Of a DNA stretch of 46,260 nt, positions 36,438 to 45,776 are shown piece after piece. The position numbers were made by a program, and so were the translations under genes. The notes under the pieces were generated by a model. It was given only the letters and a program-made list of their open reading frames with translations. It was not told where the DNA came from and ran no database searches. The stretch's first letter is position 1, and each line of letters opens with the position of its first letter. This DNA is from Candidatus Eiseniibacteriota bacterium. GTDB lineage: Bacteria > ARS69. The stretch spans positions 1 to 46,260 of the forward strand of contig JBQTGV010000093.1 in NCBI GenBank assembly GCA_052390515.1. The letters run 5' to 3'.

Positions 36438-36922
36438 TGGCCGAGATCCAGGCACCTGTCGGCAAGCAGGCGAGGCCGGACGACGGCGCGTTCCGCCTCG
36501 CGCGGCCCCGGCCCCGTGTCGGCGTCCGCATCGACATGACCCCGATGGTGGATGTCGCCTTCCTGCTGCTCATCTTCTTCATGGTCACGACCGTGTTCCG
36601 CCGCCCGCTGGCGATGGAAGTGAACATGCCCGACCCCGAAGCGAAGATCGAGGTGCCGCAGTCCAACGTGATGACGCTGGTCATCGACCCGGACGAGTCG
36701 ATGCGCTGGTGGATCGGCACCGGATCGCCGCAGCCGATCACGGAACGCGAGCTGGAATCCACGTTCCGCGAGAACGCGCGGCACAACCCCGAGCTCGTCA
36801 TCCTGGTGAAGATCCACCGCAAGACGCGCTACGAGCGAATGGTGGAGATGCTGGACACGCTCGCCGACGCCGACGTGCAGCGCTTCAGCCTGATCCCGCT
36901 GGAGGAGGAGCCGCAGGGATGA
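36437..36922 (+). CDS. exbD: Second ExbD/TolR protein
   Basis: GTG 36437 overlaps previous TAG; 'IDMTPMVDVAFLLLIFFMVTT'. Confidence 0.9.
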   Translation: MAEIQAPVGKQARPDDGAFRLARPRPRVGVRIDMTPMVDVAFLLLIFFMVTTVFRRPLAMEVNMPDPEAKIEVPQSNVMTLVIDPDESMRWWIGTGSPQPITERELESTFRENARHNPELVILVKIHRKTRYERMVEMLDTLADADVQRFSLIPLEEEPQG

Positions 36923-37683
36923 GCGCCGCCAAGGACCCGCTGCACGTTCCCTGGGCCTTCTCGCTGGCGGATGCGCCGCGTCTCCCGCTGACCGGGGAGA
37001 AGCATCCACTGGACCGGGAGTTCGAGAGGCTGCTGGGCGGAGCGAACGCCCTCGTGCTTTTGCTCGGTCTGGCGGCGTTCGCCGCGTGGATCCTGGTGAG
37101 CCGCGCGCAGGAGCAGCCGCCGGACCTGCGCGAGATCAAGATCGTGCGCTACACCGAGCTCGGCGTGCCGCCCTCCATCTCACGGCCGGCGGCGCCGCAG
37201 ATCAACGTCGCGCGCGCGGTGGTGCCGCCGTCCATCGGGATTCCCGAGCCGGTTCCGGACGAGCAGGCGGTGGCGCCGACGATCGCCACGCAGGAGGAGA
37301 TCCAGGAGGCGCTCGAGCCGATCCCGCTCACGGACCTGGGCGGCGGTGCCGGAGATTCTCTGGTCATCGAAACCGATCTCGACGCGAGCCCTTCGCCCGA
37401 GGACTTCGTGCCGGTGGAGGTCGAGCCGGTCCGCGTGCGCATCGATCCGCCGGTCTATCCGGCCATGGCCGCCGAGGCCGGCATCGAGGGCACCGTGCTC
37501 GTCAACGTGCTCATCGGCAAGGACGGCAAGGTGAAGAGGGTGCTACTCGTAGACGGCAGTCCGCTGCTCGACGAGGCCGCCATCGCCTGCGCGAAGACGG
37601 CGGTGTTCCGGCCTGCGCTCATGCAGAACCAGCCGGTCGAGGTCTGGGTGCTGATGCCGATCACGTTCAAGCTGCGGGGTTGA
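36919..37683 (+). CDS. tonB: Energy transducer TonB
   Basis: Single TM, Pro-rich linker, C-terminal 'YPAMAAEAGIEGTVLV.VLIGKDG.V...LDEAA......FRPA....PV....PITFKL'. Confidence 0.9.
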   Translation: MSAAKDPLHVPWAFSLADAPRLPLTGEKHPLDREFERLLGGANALVLLLGLAAFAAWILVSRAQEQPPDLREIKIVRYTELGVPPSISRPAAPQINVARAVVPPSIGIPEPVPDEQAVAPTIATQEEIQEALEPIPLTDLGGGAGDSLVIETDLDASPSPEDFVPVEVEPVRVRIDPPVYPAMAAEAGIEGTVLVNVLIGKDGKVKRVLLVDGSPLLDEAAIACAKTAVFRPALMQNQPVEVWVLMPITFKLRG

Positions 37684-37803
37684 ACGCCTAGCTCGCGAAC
37701 TCGGCCCGCCCGTTCCGTGCCCGTGCGACAAAGTGCTGGAAGCGAGACGGGCCGAGGGCTACTCTGGATCGGCGCCGGTCCGGCGCCGCATCGCGAGGCC
37801 TTG

Positions 37804-39207
37804 GTGAAGTTCGACATCCGCTGGATCCGCGACGAGTTCCCCATCTGCCGGCAGAAGTTCCCGGTCCCCGGGCACGCCGCGCCCCAGCCCATCCGCTACT
37901 TCGACCACGGGGCCAGCACCCACCCGCCGCGGGTCGTGCTGGAGACCCACCGCGAGTTCCTGGAGAAGTACTACGCGAACATCCACCGCGGGCACCACAA
38001 CCTGAGCATGATCGCGAGCGACCTCTTCGACCGGACGGCGGAGACCGTGGCCGAGTTCCTGGGGGCGGACCTCTCCAAGCAGGCGGTGTACATCACCCAC
38101 AACACGACGGCGGCGCTGGACCTCGCCGCGTGGGCCATGTCCCACGTCGACGGGGTCGTGCTCACCAGCGTACTCGAGCACCACTCCAACGATCTGCCCT
38201 TCCGCGCTCGCGGGCGGACGGTGTGCGTGGGAATGACGCCGGACGGCGCGCTGGACATGGCGGATCTGGAGCGCAAGCTCGCCGCGAACCCGGTCAAGCT
38301 CGTCACCGTCACCGGCGCCTCCAACGTCACCGGCTGGATGCCGGACATACACCGCATCGCGCGGATGGCGCACGCGAAGGGCGCGAAGATCTGCGTGGAC
38401 GGCGCGCAGCTCCTCGCCCACCGCGCCACAAGTTTGAAGCCGTTCGGCGATCCAGAGCACATCGACTTCTTCGCCGCGGCCGGCCACAAGGCGTACGCGC
38501 CGTTCGGGTCGGCGTTCCTGGCGGCGCCGCGAGCGCTCATGGACTCCGTCCCGCCCTATCGCCCCGGCGGCGGCACCGTGCTCGCCGTCACCGAGGGCGA
38601 CGTGCTCTTCACCACGGGACCGGACCGGCATCTCGGCGGAACGCCGAACATCCCCGGTGCCATCGCCATGGCGAAGGCCATCCGCTTCCTCCAGGACATC
38701 GGGCTCGACGAGATCCGCTTGCACGAGATCGAGCTGACCCGCCAGCTCCTGGAGGGCCTTTGTTCGCTGGACGGCGTCACCGTGTACGGCCCCGCGGATC
38801 CCGAGGCGCGCCTCGGGGTCGTGTCCTTCAACGTCGACGGAGTGCACCACGATCTCGCGGCGGCCATCCTCAACAACGAAGCGGTCATCGCCACGCGCAA
38901 CGGCTGCTTCTGCGCGCACCCGTACCTGCATCACCTGCTCGGCGTGAAGGACGTGGAGGAACTGGTGGCCCGTCTCGCACGCGGCGAGGACACCGAGCTT
39001 CCGGGTGCCGTGCGCGCCAGCATCGGGCTCTTCAACACGCCCGACGAGGTGGACTGGCTGATCTCCTGGGTCGGGAAGCTCACCCGCCGGGAGTGGACGG
39101 GGCGCTACGACCTCGAGAAGCGCGACTATTGCAAGCCGGTGTTCTTCGAGTTCGACGGGAGGACCGGTCTCTCCGGGGCCTCGCAGCACGCCACCGCCCG
39201 GGTTTGA
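37804..39207 (+). CDS. Class V PLP aminotransferase, SufS/CsdB-like cysteine desulfurase or selenocysteine lyase
   Basis: 'YFDHGAST', 'EHHSN.LP', 'SNVTG', 'VDGAQ', 'GHKAY', 'RNGCFCAHP'. Start uncertain (37717-37804). Confidence 0.85.
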   Translation: MKFDIRWIRDEFPICRQKFPVPGHAAPQPIRYFDHGASTHPPRVVLETHREFLEKYYANIHRGHHNLSMIASDLFDRTAETVAEFLGADLSKQAVYITHNTTAALDLAAWAMSHVDGVVLTSVLEHHSNDLPFRARGRTVCVGMTPDGALDMADLERKLAANPVKLVTVTGASNVTGWMPDIHRIARMAHAKGAKICVDGAQLLAHRATSLKPFGDPEHIDFFAAAGHKAYAPFGSAFLAAPRALMDSVPPYRPGGGTVLAVTEGDVLFTTGPDRHLGGTPNIPGAIAMAKAIRFLQDIGLDEIRLHEIELTRQLLEGLCSLDGVTVYGPADPEARLGVVSFNVDGVHHDLAAAILNNEAVIATRNGCFCAHPYLHHLLGVKDVEELVARLARGEDTELPGAVRASIGLFNTPDEVDWLISWVGKLTRREWTGRYDLEKRDYCKPVFFEFDGRTGLSGASQHATARV

Positions 39208-39974
39208 TGGCCGAGTTCGACGCCATCGCGAAGTGGTACGACTTCGACTACGACGCCCGCATGCGCCGTGACGTTCCTTTCTGGGTCGCGTGCGCGCGGG
39301 AAGGGGGCGATCCGGTCCTCGAGCTCGGTGCGGGCACCGGCCGCATCACCGCGCATCTCGCCAGGGCCGGCTTCCACGTCACCGGAGTGGACCTCTCGGC
39401 GAAGATGCTGGAGCTCGCCGAGAGGCGGTTCGCGCGCATCGGGCCGCTCCGCGGGAGCGCCCGTTTCCTCCGCGGCGACATGGCCGCGCTGCGCGTCCGC
39501 GGGCGCTTCGGCACCGTGCTCGTCCCCTTCCACGCGTTCCATCACCTGCTGACGACCGACCGCCAGCTCGCCGCGCTCCGCGGAATCCGCCGCCGCCTCG
39601 CGCCGGGCGGCCTCGCGGTCTTCGGCCTCTTTCGCCCGGACATCCCCGAGTTTCTCTCGTACGACGGCAAGCTGGTCGTGGCCTACGAGCGCAAGCGCCC
39701 GAGCACCGGGACGCGCGTCGTCCAGCGGTTCCGCATGGCCGTCGACGTCGAGAAACAGATCGGAGCCATCGACTACTTCTGGGACGAGTACCGCGGCACG
39801 CGGCGGATCGGCCGCGACCACGCGCCCATGAAGTGGCGCTGGTTCCACCGGTACGAGTTCGAGCACCTGCTGGCGCGCGCCGGGCTGCGCCCGGTGCGCA
39901 TCGCCGGGGACTACGACGGCCGGCGTTTCGACGGGCGCTGCGAGGAGATGATCTTCTTCGCGGCGCGCGTGTGA
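39207..39974 (+). CDS. Class I SAM-dependent methyltransferase
   Basis: ATG overlaps previous TGA; 'VLELGAGTGR', 'GVDLSAKML', 'RGDM'. Confidence 0.9.
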   Translation: MAEFDAIAKWYDFDYDARMRRDVPFWVACAREGGDPVLELGAGTGRITAHLARAGFHVTGVDLSAKMLELAERRFARIGPLRGSARFLRGDMAALRVRGRFGTVLVPFHAFHHLLTTDRQLAALRGIRRRLAPGGLAVFGLFRPDIPEFLSYDGKLVVAYERKRPSTGTRVVQRFRMAVDVEKQIGAIDYFWDEYRGTRRIGRDHAPMKWRWFHRYEFEHLLARAGLRPVRIAGDYDGRRFDGRCEEMIFFAARV

Positions 39975-39986
39975 GCTTCGCCCCCT

Positions 39987-41465
39987 CTACAGGACGTGCA
40001 GCTCCAGGACGCGGCGGAAGTGATGCCCGGCGATCGCCAGGGAGACCATGCGGGACAGCAGCGTGGGGCGGAACGCGAGCGTCCACAGCAGCAGACGCCA
40101 GTAGTGCCAGCGCTCCTCGCCCAGGACGCCGAGCCGCCCCGCCGCCCTCGCGAACGCGAGGACCTGCTGCAGGTCGATCGGCGGTCGCACGGTGGGCGCG
40201 CGGTAGGCGCGCAGGAACGTGCGCAGCCGCCGGTAGTAGTGCTCCGGGGTGTAGATGTGATTCATCAGAGCCCGGTAGTCGTGGCGCAGCGTCTCCAGGC
40301 CCATCCGCGGCACGATGTTCGTCGTGCCGTCGACGTTGTCGCCGGTCGTCTCGCCGCGCAGCCGCCCCTCCGCCCGCATCCGCTCGTAGAGCCGCGTGCC
40401 CCGCGGCGCCTGCAGCATCCCGACCATTGCGGTGACGATGCCGCTGCGCTGGATGAAGTCGATCTGACGCCGAAAGGTGGACGGAGTGTCGCTGTCGAAG
40501 CCCACGATGAAGCCGGCGTAGACCTCGAGGCCGCTGCGCTGCATGCGGCGTACGTCGTCCACCAAGTCGCGCCCGAGGTTCTGCTTCTTGTTGCAGGCCG
40601 CCAGCGCTTCGTCGTCCGGCGTCTCGATGCCGATGAACACGGAGTCGAAACCGGCCTCGGTCAACATGCCCATGAGCTCACCATCGTCGGCCAGGTCCAT
40701 CGACACCTGGCTGGTGAAGGGCACGTGGCGTTTCTCGCGCCGCCAGTCGATGAGCGCCGGGAGAAGCGCGGTCTTCAGCAGGCGCCGGTTGCCGATGAAG
40801 TTGTCGTCCACGAAGAAGACCGTGCCGCGCCAGCCGAGCGCGTGCAGACGGTCCAGCTCGGCGACGACCTGCGCGGCGGTCTTCGCCCGAGGTCGATGGC
40901 CGAGGAGGGCGGTGACGTTGCAGAAGTCGCAGTCGTACGGACAGCCGCGGCAGAACTGGACGCTCATGGTGGCGTAGCGCTTCAGGTCCACCAGCTCCCA
41001 GAGCGGGATCGGGGACGCGTGCATGTCGGCGTACTCGCCGGCTCGATAGACGCGCCGGGCGTGCCCCGCGTGCAGATCCGCCAGGAACGGCGGCAGCGAG
41101 ATCTCGGCCTCTCCCAGCACGAGATGATCCACGTCGGCGAAGGCCTCGGGTTCCGCGGTGAAGAGCGGACCGCCGGCGACGACCCGGACGCCTGCGCGCC
41201 GGCAGCGGGCGATGACGTCGCGGGTCGAGCGGCGTTGCACGGCCATCGCGCCGACGAGGGCCAGGTCGGCCCAAGCGAGGTGCGCGTCGGTCAGCGGCTC
41301 GACGTTCAGGTCGACGAGGCGCTTGTTCCAGGACTCGGGCAGCATCGCGGCGACGGTCAGCAGGCCGAGCGGGGGGAGTGAGGCGCGGCGGCGGATGAAG
41401 CGCAGCGCGTGCTTGAAGCTCCAGAACGTGTCCGGAAACTCCGGGGACAGCAGAATGACGTTCAT
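39987..41465 (-). CDS. B12-binding radical SAM protein (DUF4070-type C-terminus)
   Basis: 'PPLGLLTVAAMLP', 'VVAGGP', CxxxCxxC 'RGCPYDCDFC', 'FFVDDNFIGN', 'FIVGFDSD'. Confidence 0.9.
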   Translation of the reverse strand: MNVILLSPEFPDTFWSFKHALRFIRRRASLPPLGLLTVAAMLPESWNKRLVDLNVEPLTDAHLAWADLALVGAMAVQRRSTRDVIARCRRAGVRVVAGGPLFTAEPEAFADVDHLVLGEAEISLPPFLADLHAGHARRVYRAGEYADMHASPIPLWELVDLKRYATMSVQFCRGCPYDCDFCNVTALLGHRPRAKTAAQVVAELDRLHALGWRGTVFFVDDNFIGNRRLLKTALLPALIDWRREKRHVPFTSQVSMDLADDGELMGMLTEAGFDSVFIGIETPDDEALAACNKKQNLGRDLVDDVRRMQRSGLEVYAGFIVGFDSDTPSTFRRQIDFIQRSGIVTAMVGMLQAPRGTRLYERMRAEGRLRGETTGDNVDGTTNIVPRMGLETLRHDYRALMNHIYTPEHYYRRLRTFLRAYRAPTVRPPIDLQQVLAFARAAGRLGVLGEERWHYWRLLLWTLAFRPTLLSRMVSLAIAGHHFRRVLELHVL

Positions 41466-41633
41466 GCCGTGTCGGCGGCGGGCATGCGGCCCTCGTTGCG
41501 AGGGTGATGCCGAAGGGGAAGGCTGCGGCACCCCCGATCCGGCGAAACTGTCCCCAGTATCGCCCCTTCCCGGGACGCGGGCCAGCGGCTTCCGTGCTGG
41601 AAGGAGCCCCTGCCGGCCGGCTATGCTCCTTCC

Positions 41634-41963
41634 ATGAGCACCGTCGCCCTGCCGGAAGTGCGCCTCGAGAGAGCGGCCGCGCCCGTGGTCGTGCACGCGC
41701 CGCTGTGGCAGGTCGTGCTGCTCGACGACGACGAGCACACGTACGACTACGTGATCGAGATGCTGCAGTCTGTTTTCGGGCACTCGCGCGAGACCGCGTA
41801 CCTGATGGCCTGCGAGGTGGACGCCGCCGGCCGCGTCATCGTGGACACGACGTCGCGGGAGCGCGCCGAGCTGAAGCGGGACCAGATCCACGCGTACGGC
41901 GCGGACTGGCGGATCACGCGTTGCGCGGGGTCGATGTCGGCGACGATCGAGCCGGTCGAGTGA
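41634..41963 (+). CDS. clpS: ATP-dependent Clp protease adaptor ClpS
   Basis: 'WQVVLLDDDEHTYDYVIEMLQSVFG', 'EVD..GR.IV', 'MSATIEP'. Confidence 0.88.
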   Translation: MSTVALPEVRLERAAAPVVVHAPLWQVVLLDDDEHTYDYVIEMLQSVFGHSRETAYLMACEVDAAGRVIVDTTSRERAELKRDQIHAYGADWRITRCAGSMSATIEPVE

Positions 41964-43047
41964 TCACCGCCATCACCGAGCGCAGGACGACCCAGGCCGG
42001 CAGGGCGAAGTCCACCGCGTAGCGCGTGATCGGCGCCATCTGCCGGTCGAGCCGCACCGAGAGAGTCAGCCCCAGGAAGAGGAGCCCCGGACCGGTCACC
42101 AGCTCCTTGCCCCCCGGAACGCGGGCGCGCACGACGAGCAGCAGCCCGACGAGCGCCGCGGCGTGCAGGATCGACGGCAGCGCCACCGACTCCAGGAAAA
42201 GCTCCGGGGCGAACGTCGCCGCGACGAGCAGGACGAAGGGCACCTCCGAGAACACCGCGCCGTGCGGGATGCGCCAGGCCGGCTCGTCCGCTCGCCCGAG
42301 GACCGCGCCGAAGCCGAGCGCGGCGAAGGGCGGCCACAGATCCAGGCGGAACGCCGCGGCGCCGGCGGCGACGAGCACGACCGGTACGACGACGCGGCGC
42401 GGGATCCGGGCGCGCCGTGACAACGAGAGCGCGACGACGGCGGCGGCCACGCCGAGCGCGCCCGATTCGCCCAGCTCCAGGATCGGGTCGCGCCAGAGCA
42501 CGCTCGGTCCGACCTGGTGCCAGAGGAGCGAGGGCGTGAAGGACCACACTGCGCCGACCAGACCCGACGCCACCAGGAAGAGGCTGCCCGCGTCGGCCGG
42601 AGCTCGACCGCGGATGTCGCGGAGCGCGAGCAGCGGGAACACGGCGAACACCGACGCGAGGGGCAGCGTGAAGCGGGCGAACGTGCGCTGCGGTTCGGCG
42701 CCGGGCAGGAACCGGGGCAGCAGGAGGGAGCCGAGCACGAGCGTCGCCCCGGCCAGCGCCAGCGGCGGGAGGGACCGCCGGAGCATCTCGCCGAGGGGAA
42801 GCCGGAGCATCCCCTGCCCGAGGCGATACCCGAGCACCCCCAGCAGCGCGGCGACGTGGATCATCACTCCCGGGAGGGTCTGCTGCGCGGCCGAGACGGG
42901 GACCGCGTCGAAGCCCGGCCGCCCGAGGAAGAGCCCCACGACCAGGGCGAGCACCACGGAGGGGAGACGGACCAGCCGGGCGAGCCCTCCACAGAGCACC
43001 GCCGCCAGCAGGACGAGGCCGTAGGCGAGAATCCCCGAAAGGACCAC
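41914..43047 (-). CDS. Polytopic membrane protein, possibly cation:proton antiporter-like
   Basis: Ten or more hydrophobic segments; N-terminal 'LARLVRLPSVV..LVVGLFLG' resembles CPA N-termini; otherwise divergent. Confidence 0.55.
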   Translation of the reverse strand: MVLSGILAYGLVLLAAVLCGGLARLVRLPSVVLALVVGLFLGRPGFDAVPVSAAQQTLPGVMIHVAALLGVLGYRLGQGMLRLPLGEMLRRSLPPLALAGATLVLGSLLLPRFLPGAEPQRTFARFTLPLASVFAVFPLLALRDIRGRAPADAGSLFLVASGLVGAVWSFTPSLLWHQVGPSVLWRDPILELGESGALGVAAAVVALSLSRRARIPRRVVVPVVLVAAGAAAFRLDLWPPFAALGFGAVLGRADEPAWRIPHGAVFSEVPFVLLVAATFAPELFLESVALPSILHAAALVGLLLVVRARVPGGKELVTGPGLLFLGLTLSVRLDRQMAPITRYAVDFALPAWVVLRSVMAVITRPARSSPTSTPRNA

Positions 43048-43160
43048 CGGGCGCTCAGGAGACCCGGCGGCCCGGGATCATGCCGAGGCCCCGGCGGCCG
43101 ACTTGAAGGGCACCCTCCGTACTTGCGAGAATGGTGCCTCTGCACCCAGGCTGCGAATCG

Positions 43161-44258
43161 ATGCGCACTGCCCCCCTCGCCTTCGCCCTGCTCACCGTGC
43201 CGTTCGCGGCGTCCGCGGTGACGTGGGTCGTCCCCGACTCGGTCCCGACCGTGGGCGGGGCGCTCGCGCTGGCCGGCTCCGGCGACTCCGTGGTCGTCGG
43301 ACCCGGAACCTACCCCGAGGTCGTCGACATGGTCGACGGCGTCGTGCTGCTCGCCGCGGATCCCGAGAATCGCCCCGTCCTCGACGGCGGAGGAGCCGGG
43401 ACGCCGCTGACCGCGCAGTTCTGCAGCACCGGAACCGTGGTGTCGGGCTTCGTCTTCGCCAACGGCGTATCCGTCGCGCTCGGCGGTGGAGTGTACTTGA
43501 ACCGGTCGGTGATGCAGATCCTCGACTGCCGTTTCGCGAACAACTCCGCCGCGCACGGCGGCGGGCTCGGCGCGGACGCTTCGGCTTTCGTGCTCGCCGG
43601 CTGCGAGTTCGAAGGGAACTCGGCCGCCCAGACGGGCGGCGCCGTCTCCGTCACCGGACTCGGATCTCCGTCCCTCACGGGCTGCACGTTCCGCGGCAAC
43701 AGTGCGCTCGTGGGCGGGGCCGTCGCGGTGCGCAACGGCTCCACACCGATCATCTCCGCGTCGCTGCTGGACGGGAACCAGGCCGATCAGGGCGGAGGCC
43801 TCTGGTACGACTTCTTCACGGGCGGATCGCTCTCCGGCTGCACGCTCGCGTTCAACGACGCGACGTCGGGCCTCGGGGCGGGAGCGTTCCTCAACTCGCT
43901 GGCGACGCCGGCGCTCTCGACCTGCATCTTCGCGTTCGGAGTCGGCGGCGCGGGGCTGCACACCGTCGCGGGCGCGGCCCCGACCTACAGCTGCAACGAC
44001 CTCTTCGGGAACGCCGGCGGCGACGCGCTCGGGGCGGGAGTCGACCTCGGCGGGAACGTGTTCGCCGACCCGCTGTTCTGCGGCGCGCAGACCGGTGTCT
44101 TCACGCTGCAGGATACGTCGCCCTGCCTCGCGGCGAACTCGGGCGGGTGCGGGCAGATCGGAGCGTTCGACGCCGGCGGATGTGGGGCGGTCGGCGCCGG
44201 TTCGGAGATGGCCGTGGCCAGCTGGGGAGCGGTGAAGAGCCGGTATCGCGGAAGATGA
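43161..44258 (+). CDS. Secreted right-handed parallel beta-helix protein with SWGxxKxxY tail
   Basis: Signal peptide; '[11 protein letters not shown]', repeated 'C.F..NSA..GG.'; 'DPLFC', 'SPCL'; ends [13 protein letters not shown]. Confidence 0.85.
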   Translation: MRTAPLAFALLTVPFAASAVTWVVPDSVPTVGGALALAGSGDSVVVGPGTYPEVVDMVDGVVLLAADPENRPVLDGGGAGTPLTAQFCSTGTVVSGFVFANGVSVALGGGVYLNRSVMQILDCRFANNSAAHGGGLGADASAFVLAGCEFEGNSAAQTGGAVSVTGLGSPSLTGCTFRGNSALVGGAVAVRNGSTPIISASLLDGNQADQGGGLWYDFFTGGSLSGCTLAFNDATSGLGAGAFLNSLATPALSTCIFAFGVGGAGLHTVAGAAPTYSCNDLFGNAGGDALGAGVDLGGNVFADPLFCGAQTGVFTLQDTSPCLAANSGGCGQIGAFDAGGCGAVGAGSEMAVASWGAVKSRYRGR

Positions 44259-44262
44259 GGCG

Positions 44263-45021
44263 ATGAGCCTCGCCGGCCGCGCGGTCCTCGTCACCGGAGC
44301 CTCGCGCGGGATAGGCGCCGCCTGCGCGCGACTCTTTGCCGAGCGTGGTGCGCGGGTGGCGGTGCATTACCGGGCCGAGCGCGCCGCCGCGGAGCAGCTC
44401 GTCGCCACGCTGGCCGGCGGTCCGCACCTCGCCGTGCAGGCGGACCTGTCCGACGCGGACGCCGCGGAGCCGCTCATCGGTGACGTCGTGGCGAAGCTCG
44501 GCCGTCTCGACGTCGTCGTGAACAACGCAGGGATCTTCGAGGAGCACCGCATCCTGGACGCCCAGCCAGCGGCGTGGCGGGACGCCTGGGCGCGCACGCT
44601 GGCGACGAACCTGCTCGGTCCCGCGCACGTCACGTACTGGGCGGCGCGCCACATGGCGAAGCACGGCGGAGGGCGCATCGTGAACGTCTCCTCGCGGGGC
44701 GCCTTCCGCGGCGAGCCCGACGCCCCGGCCTACGGCGCGAGCAAGGCCGGCCTGAACGCGATGAGCCAGTCGCTGGCCAAGGCGCTGGCGCCGCATGGCG
44801 TGTACGTCTACGTCGTGGCGCCCGGCTGGGTGGACACGGACATGGCCGCCGCCACGCTCTCCGGCCCCGTCGGCGACGAGGTTCGGCGACAGAGCCCGCT
44901 CGGGCGGGTCGCGCGCGCCGACGAAGTGGCCCACACCGTCGTTTTTCTCGCGTCGGAAGGCGCCGAATTCCTGACGGGCGGTATCATCGACGTGAACGGC
45001 GCCTCCTACCTGAGGACCTAG
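44263..45021 (+). CDS. SDR-family oxidoreductase
   Basis: 'TGASRGIG', 'NNAG', 'YGASK', 'APGWVDT'. Confidence 0.95.
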   Translation: MSLAGRAVLVTGASRGIGAACARLFAERGARVAVHYRAERAAAEQLVATLAGGPHLAVQADLSDADAAEPLIGDVVAKLGRLDVVVNNAGIFEEHRILDAQPAAWRDAWARTLATNLLGPAHVTYWAARHMAKHGGGRIVNVSSRGAFRGEPDAPAYGASKAGLNAMSQSLAKALAPHGVYVYVVAPGWVDTDMAAATLSGPVGDEVRRQSPLGRVARADEVAHTVVFLASEGAEFLTGGIIDVNGASYLRT

Positions 45022-45081
45022 AGGTCCCGATTCGAGGGAGTGGATGACGATGGCCGAGCGTCGTCACCGTAGGGGGGAACC

Positions 45082-45759
45082 GTGGACGTCGATCTCCAGG
45101 TGAAGCTCGCGGTCTACCGCGCCGCAGCCGAGAACGGCCGGCCACCCGCGCCGAGCCGGGTCGCGTGGGAGGTGGGCGTCGACCTCGACGAGCTTCGCCT
45201 CTCCTACGCGCGGCTCCGCGAGCGACGGCTCCTCGTGCTCGAGCCCGACGGCCTCTCCATCCACATGGCGCCGCCCTTCTCCGGCGTCCCCACGCAGCAT
45301 CTCGTGCGCGTGGACGGCGTGGACTATCACGCGAACTGCGCCTGGGACGCGCTGGGGATCCCCGCGGCGCTGCACCGCGCGGGCACCGTCGTCTCCCGCT
45401 GCGAGCAGTCCCGCGAACCGCTGCATCTCGAGATCGGACCCGACGGTCCCGAGCCGTCGACCTGGCTCTTCCACTGCGTCGTTCCCGCCGCGCGGTGGTG
45501 GGAGGACATCGTCTTCACCTGAGGCAACATGCTCTTCTTCCGGTCGGAAGAGCTCATCGACTCGTGGTGCGCGGCGGGGAGCCGGCCGCGTCGCCCCTCG
45601 GTCCGGATGGATCAGCTCTGGCGAATGGCCGTCACCTGGTACGGAACGCGGCTCACGCCGGAGTCCCGGCGGCCCGCCCCCGGCGAGATGCGTGGGATCT
45701 TCGCCGCCATCGGTCTCGAGGGCGAATTCTGGGATCCGGAGTCGGACGCCTTCCGCTGA
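45082..45759 (+). CDS. MerB-like (organomercurial lyase family) protein, 225 aa, probable selenoprotein (TGA 45520-45522 = Sec147)
   Basis: ORFs 45082-45522 and 45529-45759 are in the same frame, separated only by TGA-GGC-AAC. 'ANCAWDAL' matches MerB C96/D99, 'SRC' matches C117, and 'VFT*GNMLFFRSEE' matches the MerB 'SFCCHVHFFAS' region. Confidence 0.8.
45531..45553 (+). promoter_or_regulatory. Putative bacterial SECIS hairpin
   Basis: GCUC-UUC-UUCC-GGUC-GGAA-GAGC begins 9 nt after the UGA. The apical GGUC lies at +23..+26 counting U of UGA as +1, close to the GGUC position in the E. coli fdhF SECIS. Confidence 0.65.
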
Positions 45760-45776
45760 CGCCGGCCGGCGGCGCC

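Noticed and set aside
36027-36580. Near-identical repeat of about 50 bp at ~36027 and ~36527
   Set aside because: Encodes the conserved RIDMTPMVDVAFLLLIFFM segment of the two ExbD paralogs; not a mobile or CRISPR repeat.
45529-45759. Independent 76-aa gene, or merB pseudogene
   Set aside because: No convincing RBS, in frame with the upstream ORF, completes the MerB fold, and the stop coincides with a catalytic Cys plus a SECIS-like hairpin. A pseudogene is not fully excluded.
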